Below the pieces are notes generated by a model. The model saw only the letters and a list, made by a program, of their open reading frames with translations. It searched no databases and was not told where the DNA came from. From Nitrosopumilus sp. (GTDB lineage: Archaea > Thermoproteota > Nitrososphaeria > Nitrososphaerales > Nitrosopumilaceae): a stretch of 64,000 bases of DNA. Both the position numbers and the translations under genes were made by a program. Numbering within the stretch: the first letter of the stretch is position 1; the number at the start of each line of letters is the position of its first letter. This document shows, in pieces, positions 10,018 through 21,085 of this stretch. The stretch is from the NCBI GenBank assembly GCA_965206745.1, contig OZ242220.1, forward strand, positions 1,600,001-1,664,000, in the 5' to 3' direction.

Positions 10018-11157
10018 CTATGATTCCATGATAGAATCAGCTAGTATAGAATAAGAATTTGTCAATTCTATAATTAATTTATCATATAATGCTTCGAAAT
10101 TTTTAGTTGTAATTTCTAGTCGCTGGTAACAAGATTCTAGTCGTTTTTCCTTTTCAGATTCACTTATCTTATGATCTAGTAAATTTCTGAAATCAGAAAG
10201 AACAAAAAATGGATTAAGAATATTTTTATCATTTAAAGATTTTAATCGTAACTCCACCCATATTTCTAAACATTTTAATCCTTTTTTGTCCTTCACATCA
10301 ATATCGACATTTAATTTATTGATCTGGGTTTTGAGATTTTTATTATAGATTGATTCGACACACAGTTTTGTAAGAGAATTAATTATGTATATGACACCTT
10401 GCTCATTCCAATTTACGGGTCTTAGTAATTTTCCTAAAAATTCATAATCATTTTTTTCATAATCAAAAATTTGAAAACAGTCATGATCTTTACAGGATTT
10501 TCCAAATTTATTTCGTTGTTTTAATAGTTTATTTTCATTAGATAGATCCGAGAATTCTGCTTCTATTTGTCCAGCATAAAATTCTGAACCTACATCATGA
10601 TCTGAAGGTATATTTTCAGATCGAAGATAATATTTTTCGTTTTGTGGTATATCTTCTAGGTCTCCAAGCCAGCAAAATACTTTATCATTTCTATTTATTC
10701 CATAATCTAAAGATTGTTCGTCTTGGAAAAAAATTGTTCCATATGTATTTCCTGCCACATGAATTTCATATTCATTAAAACAAAGATATTTGTGTAGAAT
10801 TTTTTTGTCAAAAAATACAGGAGTAAAAAATCCTTTTTTGCAAAGTTGTCCATTTAAGCCAGGAATGAATAGACAGTCATTTGGATCATAACGAAATTTT
10901 AATTCTTTACATATTTCATAACGCGGATTAGATGATTTTTGAAGTTTAAAATCAAAGCTAGTCCGATTGTTTTTTTTACACACATCTATTATTGAACAAA
11001 TAATACCATCTATTGGATATTCTTCTTGGCAGTCATGGCATACTAATATTGGCATATCAAGTGCAGAGATATGAATTTCTTTAATTATTTCATCAAATTT
11101 TTTATAAATTAATTTAAGCCAACCATTACAATTATCACAATGAAGTGTTTGAACCAT
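10018..11157 (-). CDS. Zn-ribbon protein with C-terminal HEPN-like domain
   Basis: CDNC...CHDC N-terminal ribbon (MqsA/YgiT-like); C-terminal DFRNLLDH = Rx4H. Confidence 0.6.
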   Translation of the reverse strand: MVQTLHCDNCNGWLKLIYKKFDEIIKEIHISALDMPILVCHDCQEEYPIDGIICSIIDVCKKNNRTSFDFKLQKSSNPRYEICKELKFRYDPNDCLFIPGLNGQLCKKGFFTPVFFDKKILHKYLCFNEYEIHVAGNTYGTIFFQDEQSLDYGINRNDKVFCWLGDLEDIPQNEKYYLRSENIPSDHDVGSEFYAGQIEAEFSDLSNENKLLKQRNKFGKSCKDHDCFQIFDYEKNDYEFLGKLLRPVNWNEQGVIYIINSLTKLCVESIYNKNLKTQINKLNVDIDVKDKKGLKCLEIWVELRLKSLNDKNILNPFFVLSDFRNLLDHKISESEKEKRLESCYQRLEITTKNFEALYDKLIIELTNSYSILADSIMES

Positions 11158-11190
11158 GTGTATACCTCTAGATAATTGTAAAATAGTATT

Positions 11191-12354
11191 TTATTTATTT
11201 AATTCCATTTTGCTATAATTACCATCATCATCAAAATAATGACACTTCCATAAACCACAATTATTAAACACTTCATCCATTATTGATGAAGTTATTTTAC
11301 TAAAATCACTTTGAAGTTGCTCTACATTATATTGCCTTTTAATTGCAATATGATTATTTTCTGATTTGAAAGTAGAGCCAAACAATCTACGAGGAGATTC
11401 GATGCATAATTTTCTGGAGGTATTTTTCAAACAGATGAAAATTTCTACCTCATCAAAATAATTATGTTTTGATAATATAACATATGCAAACTGTAAAACA
11501 TGCATGATTCTTATTGCTAGGAGTGAATCTCTTATGTATACACCAACCAGATCATCATCTCTAAAATATCCCAAATCAGCACAATAATGAATGCAGCCAT
11601 TTCTATGAATTTCTAGGTTCGCTCTATCATCTTTATGTATCACACCATGTTTACTAGGTATTGAATGGGAGGGTAAAAAACTATGATGTGGTGCAAAGCT
11701 AAAACCAGCAGGTTCAAAATTTATTCTGTTAGGATCAAGCCAGTCAAATTCTTCAGGATTAGTTGTTTGTATCAATTGCTTATCTATAATAGATGGAATA
11801 ACAACAATTTGTAGTAAAACTTTTTCATGATTATAAATATCTGTAATTTTATCAAGATATTTTTTTGTATTTTGAAGTAAATAAGATCTATTTTTGTACA
11901 TTGAAGATATTTCTTGTTCGGACATTGGTGTTGATGTAAATTCAAAACGTTTGTAAAACTTGTTGTTCTTATTGTTGTAATGTGGTTTATGACCGCTGTC
12001 AGGTACTTGAAGAATTAAGAAAAGATTGTCATTTTGTTCATTTTCTATTGTATGTATCTTTACATGAAGCCGTGGCTGGATGTTAGACAATATTATTTGC
12101 TCTATTCTTTCTTTATTGATGGGAGCTTTGATACCCTCTGTTGCTATCGGATGACCGCCCTTGCCTGATTCTTTAATACCAAATACAATATAACCACCAC
12201 GAGTGTTTGCAAATGCACTTACATGCTTTACTAGTGCATCATCATCCATCATCTCTTCCTTGTAATCAAGCATATCACTTTCTGGAATTTTATCATTTAG
12301 GAGAAATTGCACATCATTGTAATCTAAATCATCTATATTTTTTTGAAATATCAC
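11191..12354 (-). CDS. Schlafen/AlbA_2 domain protein
   Basis: ESDMLDYKE..VSAFANTRGGYIVFGIKE..KPH..FYKR. Confidence 0.85.
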   Translation of the reverse strand: MIFQKNIDDLDYNDVQFLLNDKIPESDMLDYKEEMMDDDALVKHVSAFANTRGGYIVFGIKESGKGGHPIATEGIKAPINKERIEQIILSNIQPRLHVKIHTIENEQNDNLFLILQVPDSGHKPHYNNKNNKFYKRFEFTSTPMSEQEISSMYKNRSYLLQNTKKYLDKITDIYNHEKVLLQIVVIPSIIDKQLIQTTNPEEFDWLDPNRINFEPAGFSFAPHHSFLPSHSIPSKHGVIHKDDRANLEIHRNGCIHYCADLGYFRDDDLVGVYIRDSLLAIRIMHVLQFAYVILSKHNYFDEVEIFICLKNTSRKLCIESPRRLFGSTFKSENNHIAIKRQYNVEQLQSDFSKITSSIMDEVFNNCGLWKCHYFDDDGNYSKMELNK

Positions 12355-12493
12355 ATATGATCATATACACACGGATAAAAAAATGTTTTACTTGTGTTGC
12401 TGAAACGTTATAGAAATTAGAGAGAAATACAATATTTTATTCAGATTCATATTTCACCAAATCAGTAGATATAACAAGCCATGTATTGAATTA

Positions 12494-13246
12494 CTAGGGA
12501 TTTGTTGTATTACGTAATCTTATAATTCTCAAAATGTAAGAATAAAAAAATGGTTTTATGGATTCTATTTTTTCTACACATTGAAGCCAAATTTTCCATT
12601 GATACTCTGAATTGTGATTATATTTAAGATCTTCAGCAATGAGACTATTTATCATAGCTTTTCGATTCAAAACAGAAGAGAAAATATTTTTTAGAGGAAG
12701 GGCAGGAATAATCTCAAATCCATATTTTCTATGATTATATTTTACCATTCCTTTAAATCTACCCATCTTATCATATACAAATAAAACATTACCATGTAAT
12801 CTATCCATATTTTTGATTCTTAGTTTTAACAGTTTAGCAGGATGAATATCAAAAATATTTCTCAAATCAACAGATATACTAAGAAATTGTTTTGAGTTAG
12901 GATTTACAAAAAATAATTTTTTCAAAGACTTTGAATTGTAAGGAAAAAATTCTATATCAGATGCTGGTTTTATGTGTTTTTTGATTACTTTTTTTATTGT
13001 TTTTGATGAAATTTTTAGTATAGATTTATGATTTTTTTTGCCTTTATTATCACTAGTCAAATGTAAATCGAGTCTTTTTTTTGAAATAGATAATGTAAGA
13101 TGTTTTTTTAATTGTTTAAGAGGAAAAATAATTTTCCTATCTATTTTTGATGATCCTCCACATTTAAAATAATAATCACCTACATACACCTTAGAGTTTT
13201 CATTATACCAATCAAAACGAGCCCAAGAAAAGAATATCATACACAT
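12494..13246 (-). CDS. Hypothetical basic protein
   Basis: 250-aa ORF in very AT-rich DNA; start uncertain. Confidence 0.5.
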   Translation of the reverse strand: MCMIFFSWARFDWYNENSKVYVGDYYFKCGGSSKIDRKIIFPLKQLKKHLTLSISKKRLDLHLTSDNKGKKNHKSILKISSKTIKKVIKKHIKPASDIEFFPYNSKSLKKLFFVNPNSKQFLSISVDLRNIFDIHPAKLLKLRIKNMDRLHGNVLFVYDKMGRFKGMVKYNHRKYGFEIIPALPLKNIFSSVLNRKAMINSLIAEDLKYNHNSEYQWKIWLQCVEKIESIKPFFYSYILRIIRLRNTTNP

Positions 13247-13445
13247 TAATTAAATTTTAAGATATTTGAAATTATCGCTAGCTAATTTATTGTGTTATAT
13301 GAGAACCGATGAGATGCAGATCTTATTTCGATTCAAAAAATCACTAGTCTATAGATTCAACCCAGTGGCATATTCATGAAAAATTATTTTTAAAATATGT
13401 GAGATATTGTTCAAAATCAATTAAACTTTTACATGATATACAAAA

Positions 13446-14318
13446 TTATTCACTCATATAGTCATCTAACCGTATTTTTCCTTCTTCCTTTTTCAAAATA
13501 TCATAACATGTTTTGCGTAGATTAGATATGGCAATAGTGTTTGGTTTGGTACTACTTTGTATTGTTCGTATTTGATCTGCAAATTTGGGATATGTGGATT
13601 TTAAATCTTTGATTATTTCTGGGATTAAATTTTTCAGGGAATTTTGATGTTCTTTTGATAATATTTTCCACATTTTATGAATTCGTGACAAAATAACTTC
13701 ATTCAAAAAAGATTGAGGATCTGTCAAGTCAACATGATTTAGTTTTCTATTCATGAGAACTGAAATCATGGCACGCAAAACATGGGGCGTTATCACTCTA
13801 CGATCATCTGATTCGGAAAATGGATAATATGAAATTGGTGGTTTCAAAGATTTTATAGAAATGGGACTAGCAAACTTTGCATCCAATTCTTTTTTAGAAA
13901 AGTTATTGTGTTTTTCTAATGAAATATTAGAAATGGATAATATAGGAAAACTGATTTTGCTAATAATTGATTTAAGATTTTTTGTGAAATTAAACACACA
14001 TACATCATGAGAGTAGTTATCAGAAATGCGCACATCGACCCATCTCAAAAGATCAGATGGTGTCAAATCCTCATATCGTAAAATTTGGTCATCAGATATT
14101 GTTGTTCCTCCCTTACATTCAAACACGACAGAATGAGTGGTTTTGTTAGAAGTTGCAACGACATCAGGTTTAACAGATTTTCCTGATTCTGTACGAATTG
14201 TTTGCTCAATTAGCTGCGCCTTGTAACCAAGATCTGCCAGAGGATGAATCCAGGAATCACTTTTTTTGCAAAAACCAATTGCGCAGTTTATCAAGATGGT
14301 ATGAGGTGAAGGATTCAA
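13446..14318 (-). CDS. PD-(D/E)XK nuclease-fold protein
   Basis: VKPDVVA..VVFECKGG..QILRY. Confidence 0.65.
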   Translation of the reverse strand: MNPSPHTILINCAIGFCKKSDSWIHPLADLGYKAQLIEQTIRTESGKSVKPDVVATSNKTTHSVVFECKGGTTISDDQILRYEDLTPSDLLRWVDVRISDNYSHDVCVFNFTKNLKSIISKISFPILSISNISLEKHNNFSKKELDAKFASPISIKSLKPPISYYPFSESDDRRVITPHVLRAMISVLMNRKLNHVDLTDPQSFLNEVILSRIHKMWKILSKEHQNSLKNLIPEIIKDLKSTYPKFADQIRTIQSSTKPNTIAISNLRKTCYDILKKEEGKIRLDDYMSE

Positions 14319-14327
14319 AAGACTACC

Positions 14328-15437
14328 TCACATTAATTGTGGACAATGTATTTTAGAGTCAAAAAATCTCTGAAGATTAACAAATAGTCGTGTAATTACA
14401 TTGCCGCAGCTGCCCTCAGGCAGATAGATTCGAAATAGATTGTCCATTACTTCTATATCCAGCGGATGCCCTGTGTGAGCATCCACCCCCAGAACACGGT
14501 AAAACCCTTCCCCAATTTTGCTTGTAATTCCCCATATTCTAAACGGATCCTTGGCATTGAAAATACGAGTCAGGAAGAAATTCCAATCATCCACTTTTCT
14601 CTCAAAGACAAAATCAAAAGGCTTGCCTTCAACTGACTTTGTATTACTATCACCATAAATTCTGAATTTCTCTATCTCTTGTACCTGTTGAGAATAGTCA
14701 TCCTTTACCATGTTCACCAGGCTGATGTGATCATCAACAGATTTTCCCTTAACCACTCTGAATCTTCCAGAATAATCTAGATCGTCGATAACTCCAAGAG
14801 TGCTTGTTCCCCTGCCAATAGTTATCCTGTCATATCCCATTATCTGCTTTATCTCTGCATCATGTTCTAACAGCTGCAGAATTTTTTCAGATTGTTTTCC
14901 AGAGATATCCATACGTGAAAACGTAGCTGGTGTGATTGGCTCATCGTCTTCTGTTTGCTCATGTTGGAAATAATCAGTATGATTTACACTAAAACCATGA
15001 TCTTTGTTACCGGATTTACTTGAAATGTTTTTCAGCGAGTCAGTAGATAGCCAGGCATTGTCAAATTCAACTGTTTGGGAATTAATAAGGCGTTTGATCA
15101 TAGGCTTTACTTGGTTAGCAAGATCAAATGTGTGGAATACCAAAAAACGTTCATCTGTTTTATCCAAGTAAAATTGCACGCTATCATTAGATTTTTTCTG
15201 GTCAGCTAATGTTAAAATTTTAACATGGTCCAATCCTGTCTGATCTATTTTAACTTGCAGATCTTCGGTGTGAAACTCTTGGAGTAATTCTGTATTACTT
15301 TCAATAAGAAAGGTTTTCAACTCTGTTGGTTTGCCTGCAGTTGAACCCTCTTCCGTAGGTATTCTAGGAGGATTAATTCTATCATGCAATACATCCATGA
15401 ACTCTTTTTGAGTCTGAACTTTGGGTAATTGTAACAT
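14328..15437 (-). CDS. Hypothetical protein, operonic with downstream nuclease
   Basis: 369-aa ORF 9 bp upstream of nuclease; motif-like C-terminus PFRIWG..VDAHTG..RIYLPEGSCGNVITRLFVNLQ. Confidence 0.7.
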   Translation of the reverse strand: MLQLPKVQTQKEFMDVLHDRINPPRIPTEEGSTAGKPTELKTFLIESNTELLQEFHTEDLQVKIDQTGLDHVKILTLADQKKSNDSVQFYLDKTDERFLVFHTFDLANQVKPMIKRLINSQTVEFDNAWLSTDSLKNISSKSGNKDHGFSVNHTDYFQHEQTEDDEPITPATFSRMDISGKQSEKILQLLEHDAEIKQIMGYDRITIGRGTSTLGVIDDLDYSGRFRVVKGKSVDDHISLVNMVKDDYSQQVQEIEKFRIYGDSNTKSVEGKPFDFVFERKVDDWNFFLTRIFNAKDPFRIWGITSKIGEGFYRVLGVDAHTGHPLDIEVMDNLFRIYLPEGSCGNVITRLFVNLQRFFDSKIHCPQLM

Positions 15438-15757
15438 TAGTTGTGGCCTCCTTTGAACATAGGTATCGGATTTTGAGAATTATTATATAATTCTATCATC
15501 TCATGACTCATGCAGAATAATGCGATCACTATTATAAAGATCTATTCGGTTATCTGCCCTTCGTAATCTGCTTTGTTGAGAGGTTTGGCAACAGTCATAC
15601 TAATGGCTTTGATTTTTGCTTTTTATTGCCCTTGCATGGTTTTGATTTTAGGCATGATAATTCATTGATGTCTTTATGGTTTAAGAAATGCAGACCAGAA
15701 GGAATTAGAGATATTGTCAACTTGCACTTTAAATCATACCAGAATTAATTATATGAC

Positions 15758-17128
15758 ATGTCTATTGAGACTGACAAATCATTATCGTCAACCATAGATG
15801 ATTTAATTTCATTGATTCAAGATACAATAAATGAAGGAAAAAAAGATGGACGATTAATTCCTCAAAAAATGTTTTATCAAAAATGGATTTTAAATAATTT
15901 CAAGTATACAGATAATGGAGTTGAATATGGTGGTGCAGGAACTCAACCTTTTACAAGAAATGAATGGAGCCAAGCTAAATTAGTATTAGAAGACTACTTG
16001 AAAAAATCTCAGAAATATCAAGCGTTATGCTCCAAACTCAAATCCATGATCAATGGAAATTCTGAAAAATTATTTCATATATTTGCATCAAAACTAATGC
16101 AAAAACTACTTGATGGTAAATCCTCTTCAGATATTCAACAATTAAAGACCATATTCATAAAGGAAATCAAAAATAAGCCAATAGTTACTAGAGTTAGTAA
16201 TGCTTTGGTTGGTATTGTTATACGTTCTCCAAAGATTGTAATTAATGACTCAATTTCATTACGACAGGTACAAAAAGATGATCTGGAAACAGAAACTGAC
16301 ATTTACATGAACGGATTTATGTACAGACATCCACGTCCTTCTGCATTCTTAGAAATAGAAGGATATACAACTGATTCTAATCTATACAAAAAAGAACAGT
16401 TATCAATAGTGATTCTACGGTTATTCAAAGTTGGAAGCGTGAAATCAATACAATCAAAGAAATATAGTGAACATCTTGCACAAGGCCTAGAAACATCTTA
16501 TTCTAATGTCTCTACAGCCATATCAAATGTGATGTTAATTAAAGAAGATGAAGAACAAGCATTACGACATTTCTGGCAAAGTATTGAAAATTACATACCA
16601 AAATCATTTGTAGAATATTCATTTTCTGATTCTAATTTCTCGGATATTGCTCATCGTAGGTATATAGATGCATTATTGAAAGCTGACACTGAAGAATTTA
16701 GAATTGCTAATACCATGATGGGATTGGAAAGTATCTTTCTGAAAGATGACGGGGAATTACAGGAATTATCCTATCGTCTCAGGCTACGTGTAGCTAAGAT
16801 TATGAGCAACTTTGGATATGATCCATTTGAGACTTCCAAAATCATCAAAGACGCATACCAGGTAAGAAGTAGTTTCGTTCATGGAGGTTTGTTATCCTAT
16901 AAAAATAAAAAGAAACTTGTGGAAAAATACAAAAGTATGAATAATTTAATTGAAAAATTACTAGACTTTTTACGCTTATCCATAATCACATCTATAACAG
17001 TTAATGTGAGCAAGGAGGAATTAATCGATACAATAGATGATTCCTTTTTGGATTCCAAATCTCAAGAGAGACTAGCTGCTTTAACATATTATGCAAAAGA
17101 CGTGATGTCTTTGAATAAAAACAGATAG
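15758..17128 (+). CDS. ApeA-like HEPN domain protein
   Basis: GLESIF..ELSYRLRLRVA..AYQVRSSFVHG (Rx4H). Confidence 0.75.
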   Translation: MSIETDKSLSSTIDDLISLIQDTINEGKKDGRLIPQKMFYQKWILNNFKYTDNGVEYGGAGTQPFTRNEWSQAKLVLEDYLKKSQKYQALCSKLKSMINGNSEKLFHIFASKLMQKLLDGKSSSDIQQLKTIFIKEIKNKPIVTRVSNALVGIVIRSPKIVINDSISLRQVQKDDLETETDIYMNGFMYRHPRPSAFLEIEGYTTDSNLYKKEQLSIVILRLFKVGSVKSIQSKKYSEHLAQGLETSYSNVSTAISNVMLIKEDEEQALRHFWQSIENYIPKSFVEYSFSDSNFSDIAHRRYIDALLKADTEEFRIANTMMGLESIFLKDDGELQELSYRLRLRVAKIMSNFGYDPFETSKIIKDAYQVRSSFVHGGLLSYKNKKKLVEKYKSMNNLIEKLLDFLRLSIITSITVNVSKEELIDTIDDSFLDSKSQERLAALTYYAKDVMSLNKNR

Positions 17129-17232
17129 CAGGCAGACCTATTTGATTATTTTACAATACCATATGCTTGTTCAGTTAATGAAAAAATAGATTCCAGAGTC
17201 AAATTTAATAATATCAATCAAAATCATACAAC

Positions 17233-17523
17233 ATGGTAAAAAATTATGGAGACGGAGGCATTACCATGATAGGTTTCAAGAAAATGCACGGTGTTAGAAC
17301 TGAAAACATGTCTACATCATACAATTCTAATGAAAAGATACCTGCATTTGATATGAGAATAAAAGCTAATGAAGATGATTTGTATGTGTATGTGCGAGAT
17401 ATAGATGATGATTGCCACATATTCAATATTCCTAAAGGTAATGAGATGTTTGTAAAAGGTACTTTGTTGATCTTTGATTCATCAAAAATCAAAACAGAAT
17501 ATAAAGACGGTAAAATATGGTAA
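17233..17523 (+). CDS. Hypothetical protein
   Basis: ORF with AT-rich TATA-like region upstream. Confidence 0.5.
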   Translation: MVKNYGDGGITMIGFKKMHGVRTENMSTSYNSNEKIPAFDMRIKANEDDLYVYVRDIDDDCHIFNIPKGNEMFVKGTLLIFDSSKIKTEYKDGKIW

Positions 17524-17559
17524 GAAATAATAAATAACATCAGTCAGATCTAACTAGCA

Positions 17560-17946
17560 ATGAGTGATGATTGTAGTGAGTTAAGAGAAAAGTTAAACCA
17601 ATACATAACAAAAAAGGAAACAAGTACACTTGAAGATGATTTGTCACCTCAAAATATTTTATCATTGTTTTCAAACAAAGCAAAATGTCTATCCAATGAC
17701 AAAATAAGTGATCAATATGTAGGTTGGCAAAGTAACAGCGGATGGATAGGATTAAGTATTAAGATAAAACGTCAACCGTACAATTATGTCAGTTTTTCAC
17801 TACGTACTACAGAATCAGATACTATGGAGATCACTTCTAGGAACGAATTTTCAGGGTTTACTTGCAAGGAACACCATAAATTTTCTGAATTTGATGATGA
17901 TTTGGTAACTCAAATATTTAGAAAAGCCATGGATGACTTGACATAA
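17560..17946 (+). CDS. Hypothetical protein
   Basis: 128-aa ORF, co-oriented with previous. Confidence 0.55.
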   Translation: MSDDCSELREKLNQYITKKETSTLEDDLSPQNILSLFSNKAKCLSNDKISDQYVGWQSNSGWIGLSIKIKRQPYNYVSFSLRTTESDTMEITSRNEFSGFTCKEHHKFSEFDDDLVTQIFRKAMDDLT

Positions 17947-18064
17947 GATAAAACTGGACATCGATTGGATTCCATATCATATGAAAAGTATTAGAATCTG
18001 TATGACTCTAATTTTAGGCATGCCATGCAACAAGCCTCAACTGCATACCATTACAGATCCTAAT

Positions 18065-19078
18065 TTAGGAAAATAATGCGTGTATGTAATCTAGATACTC
18101 TGTATCATATTGGTAAAAATCATCGTCCCAATCCATATCAATTTCAGAAAGTACTCTCCTATCCTCCATGTATCCTTCATAATGCATCACTTTGTCACCA
18201 GGATTGTAAATTAGTACTTTGGAGAGTGCTCCCACATTACAGGAATTGCCTTTACTGTACCATGTGTCATCGTTAATCTCTTCACAGCCAGGATAATAAG
18301 ATCCTTTTCCCTCATTAAAAAATTCTTCATTATCTGTTTCGTATGGAAGTATGAAAATTTGAAAACTTGCATTATGATCTGGTACATCAACATAGTAGTA
18401 CTGTTCCCCGTCATTGCAGAAATCAATTTGTTCATACCAATTGGGGGGCAATGTTCCATTGAAATCTCGGTCCTTTTTGAATTGTGTCTCTCCTGATGGA
18501 TACATGATGTTATCCACTTTGTCACTGTGCCCGTATCCTAAAACGTGTCCTATCTCATGCCAAGTGGTTTGTGTGATTGACCAGTCCGTCAAATGCTGCC
18601 ATGTACCATCACAACTTGTTGCACCTAGGGATACTGTTGCTATGTTTCCACTATATGCCACTCCCAGATATTCAGGTCCGTAATCTTTTACCCACATTAT
18701 TGTAAAGTCAGCTTGTGACTCATCGTAAACCCTAGTTAATTTTATTCCTTGTTCATATCTTCCGTCCAAAAATTCATCGAAATGCGAGATGTCATAAGTT
18801 GAGTAGAATGGTAATGGATCCACATAATAATTAATTTCACCGTAAATTATGCCTCTTAAAACCGGATTTGTGAAAGATTCTTGATGAGCTAATTGTATTT
18901 CTAGGTCTTCGATGGCATTCTCTAATTCCCGAATATAGGACTCTGTTTCTATAACGTATGATTCGTGATATTCTTTCCATTCATAAACAAGTTCTTCCCA
19001 GCTTTGGGCATAAGCTGATCCTGCCCCCATTGTAGCAACCAAAGATAATGCCAGAATCGATAAAATGATCTTGTTCAA
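18065..19078 (-). CDS. Secreted matrixin-like (metzincin) zinc metalloprotease
   Basis: Signal peptide ending AYA; HEIGHVLGYGH zinc motif; Met-turn IMYP. Confidence 0.85.
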   Translation of the reverse strand: MNKIILSILALSLVATMGAGSAYAQSWEELVYEWKEYHESYVIETESYIRELENAIEDLEIQLAHQESFTNPVLRGIIYGEINYYVDPLPFYSTYDISHFDEFLDGRYEQGIKLTRVYDESQADFTIMWVKDYGPEYLGVAYSGNIATVSLGATSCDGTWQHLTDWSITQTTWHEIGHVLGYGHSDKVDNIMYPSGETQFKKDRDFNGTLPPNWYEQIDFCNDGEQYYYVDVPDHNASFQIFILPYETDNEEFFNEGKGSYYPGCEEINDDTWYSKGNSCNVGALSKVLIYNPGDKVMHYEGYMEDRRVLSEIDMDWDDDFYQYDTEYLDYIHALFS

Positions 19079-19201
19079 TGAATTTCAGAGATGTTGTAGT
19101 TTTAAAAGAATTGCTGATTATTTGCCTTAATTTGTCAATTTTTTTGTAATGTCTGGGAATGCCCATTTACCATTAAATACAAGAAATAATCATTGATAGT
19201 C

Positions 19202-19300
19202 ATGGCAAAGAGAACCTTTGAGGAAAAAGTTCAGAGGTTGATGAAGGAGTGCAATTATCCCAGAATCATGGCAGAGAACGAAGTCAGACGCTGGTCTTAG
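19202..19300 (+). CDS. 32-aa microprotein
   Basis: MAKRTFEEKVQRLMKECNYPRIMAENEVRRWS; TATA-like ttaaata about 25 bp upstream (leaderless arrangement). Confidence 0.4.
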   Translation: MAKRTFEEKVQRLMKECNYPRIMAENEVRRWS

Positions 19301-19446
19301 AGACACTTTCATTTTTCAGGAATTTCAAAATCCCTCACAGTATTTTCCAGTCCCTACAGAACATCCCGGCTCAGATGCACACATTAGATGCCACCCTTGT
19401 AACCTGCTCCAAACTACAGACAACACCAAATGACTGCTGGACCAAT

Positions 19447-19773
19447 CTACCACTTTTCCCAATCATGGTTCAATAGATCATCCCAGGAACCAGATACCTG
19501 CGGCTCAAACTGCTCATCAGGGCCCTCCTGTACATCTGCCTGCTCCCTCCGAATCTGTCTGTCTGCCTTTACCCTCCGAGTATCATTGAAGGGCTCAGGA
19601 GCTGCTGCACCTCCAGAGAGGGCACGGTACGAGTGGGTGATTCGTTTGAACTGCTCTGTAGTATCAGATTTATTTCTGTCAGGGTGCATCCTCAGTGCCA
19701 GCTCCCTGTACCTCTGCTTTACCTGATAGGGGGAGGCATCCCTTGGCAGGCCCAGTATATCGTGATGGTTCAT
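19447..19773 (-). CDS. J-domain (DnaJ-like) protein
   Basis: HDILGL..VKQRYRELALRMHPDRN..FKRITHSYRAL. Confidence 0.8.
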   Translation of the reverse strand: MNHHDILGLPRDASPYQVKQRYRELALRMHPDRNKSDTTEQFKRITHSYRALSGGAAAPEPFNDTRRVKADRQIRREQADVQEGPDEQFEPQVSGSWDDLLNHDWEKW

Positions 19774-20174
19774 TGGCGTAACTTGGCAAATGCGCTTATA
19801 GCCTTGCGTGATAACAGTATAACCTGCACATTATTAGGATAGACTGGTGTGACTCTGAATTTTTTGGCACTGGTCATAAATACTGCAAGATCTTGAAAAC
19901 AAGTTCACCGGGAATGGATTTATAAAATTTGACTAGGCAAAGCCGTCGCCCCTTCGGATAAATCCTATGTGCAAAGACGCGGATTGACGGACTTATTTGC
20001 GTACTAGTATATTATACATAATATGATAAAAAGGATTTGGTCTGACTCCCGCATGGATAAGTCACATGTGTCGTTTGGTCAGATGATGCAGATTACAGTT
20101 TAGAGTCTTTGTGCCTGTAGCATGCAGAGAATGCCTTGCAGTCTGGTTTTAGTTATTAATAATTCATGGGTTTT

Positions 20175-20675
20175 TTACGGTTTGGGCACTAGTGAAAGAC
20201 AGGTATCGTAATCTGTACATTTGATCTCAGCTGCCAGTCCTTCCACTGCACCTGCATCAGATTCTGCGACCAAGAAACTATAGATATATCCAGGACACCC
20301 ACATCCTTCACAAGTAAGATAATCCACATCTTTTCCTACTGCATCATAAAGAAAAATCCCATAATTCTCAAGATACTTTTGTGTTGTGTATTTTAGAGGG
20401 TTGAGTTCTTTTGTCAGATAGGCAGACGGTTCAAATGGATTATCTGGATTAGGTGTCTCCTCTTCTTGATGATAATATCTCCACGGCGGATGTCCATCAC
20501 ACTGTGAATACGTGATGTTAACCCAGACTGGAAGTGGATCTGTATCTTGTGTGTTGAAGAGTGTAGTGGGTGGTGAGTCTGTGGTATTAACTGGAATTAG
20601 TGGCAAACCAACCAGCCAAAATACTCCAAGCCCCAACCCGACTGCAACCACAATGACATATGCCAGTCTCCTCAT
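20175..20675 (-). CDS. Membrane-anchored Cys-containing protein
   Basis: N-terminal TM helix; QC..PW and CEGCGCP motifs. Confidence 0.65.
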   Translation of the reverse strand: MRRLAYVIVVAVGLGLGVFWLVGLPLIPVNTTDSPPTTLFNTQDTDPLPVWVNITYSQCDGHPPWRYYHQEEETPNPDNPFEPSAYLTKELNPLKYTTQKYLENYGIFLYDAVGKDVDYLTCEGCGCPGYIYSFLVAESDAGAVEGLAAEIKCTDYDTCLSLVPKP

Positions 20676-20830
20676 CAGACATCTAATCTCATGCCTTGGT
20701 ATTTGTACTTGTAGAGATATCTCATGGCCATATCACAGTGTTGGAATAACCCATAGCCGCATCTACCAATTATACATAATATAATTAATAATGGCATACG
20801 ATTACCAAATCCATGTGGAGAGTCTAATTC

Positions 20831-21025
20831 ATGGTTTCAATAAAATATGATGAAGAAGCAGGGGCACTTTACTTTCATATGAGAAAAGGCAAGATTGCAA
20901 GAACAATATCTCTTGGAAAGGACCAGTTTCTGGATGTAGACAAAGATGGAAAGATGGTAGGCCTTGAAGTTTTGCTGTCTGATAAAATTCCAGCTGGAGC
21001 AAAAAAAGTAATTTCAAACGCATAG
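20831..21025 (+). CDS. DUF2283-like small protein
   Basis: IKYDEEAGALYF..LDVDKDGKMVGLEVL. Confidence 0.75.
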   Translation: MVSIKYDEEAGALYFHMRKGKIARTISLGKDQFLDVDKDGKMVGLEVLLSDKIPAGAKKVISNA

Positions 21026-21085
21026 TTCCTGCAAGGCTGCTCAAAAATAATCAAATAAATATCGTTTTGGCACATCAAAATACTA

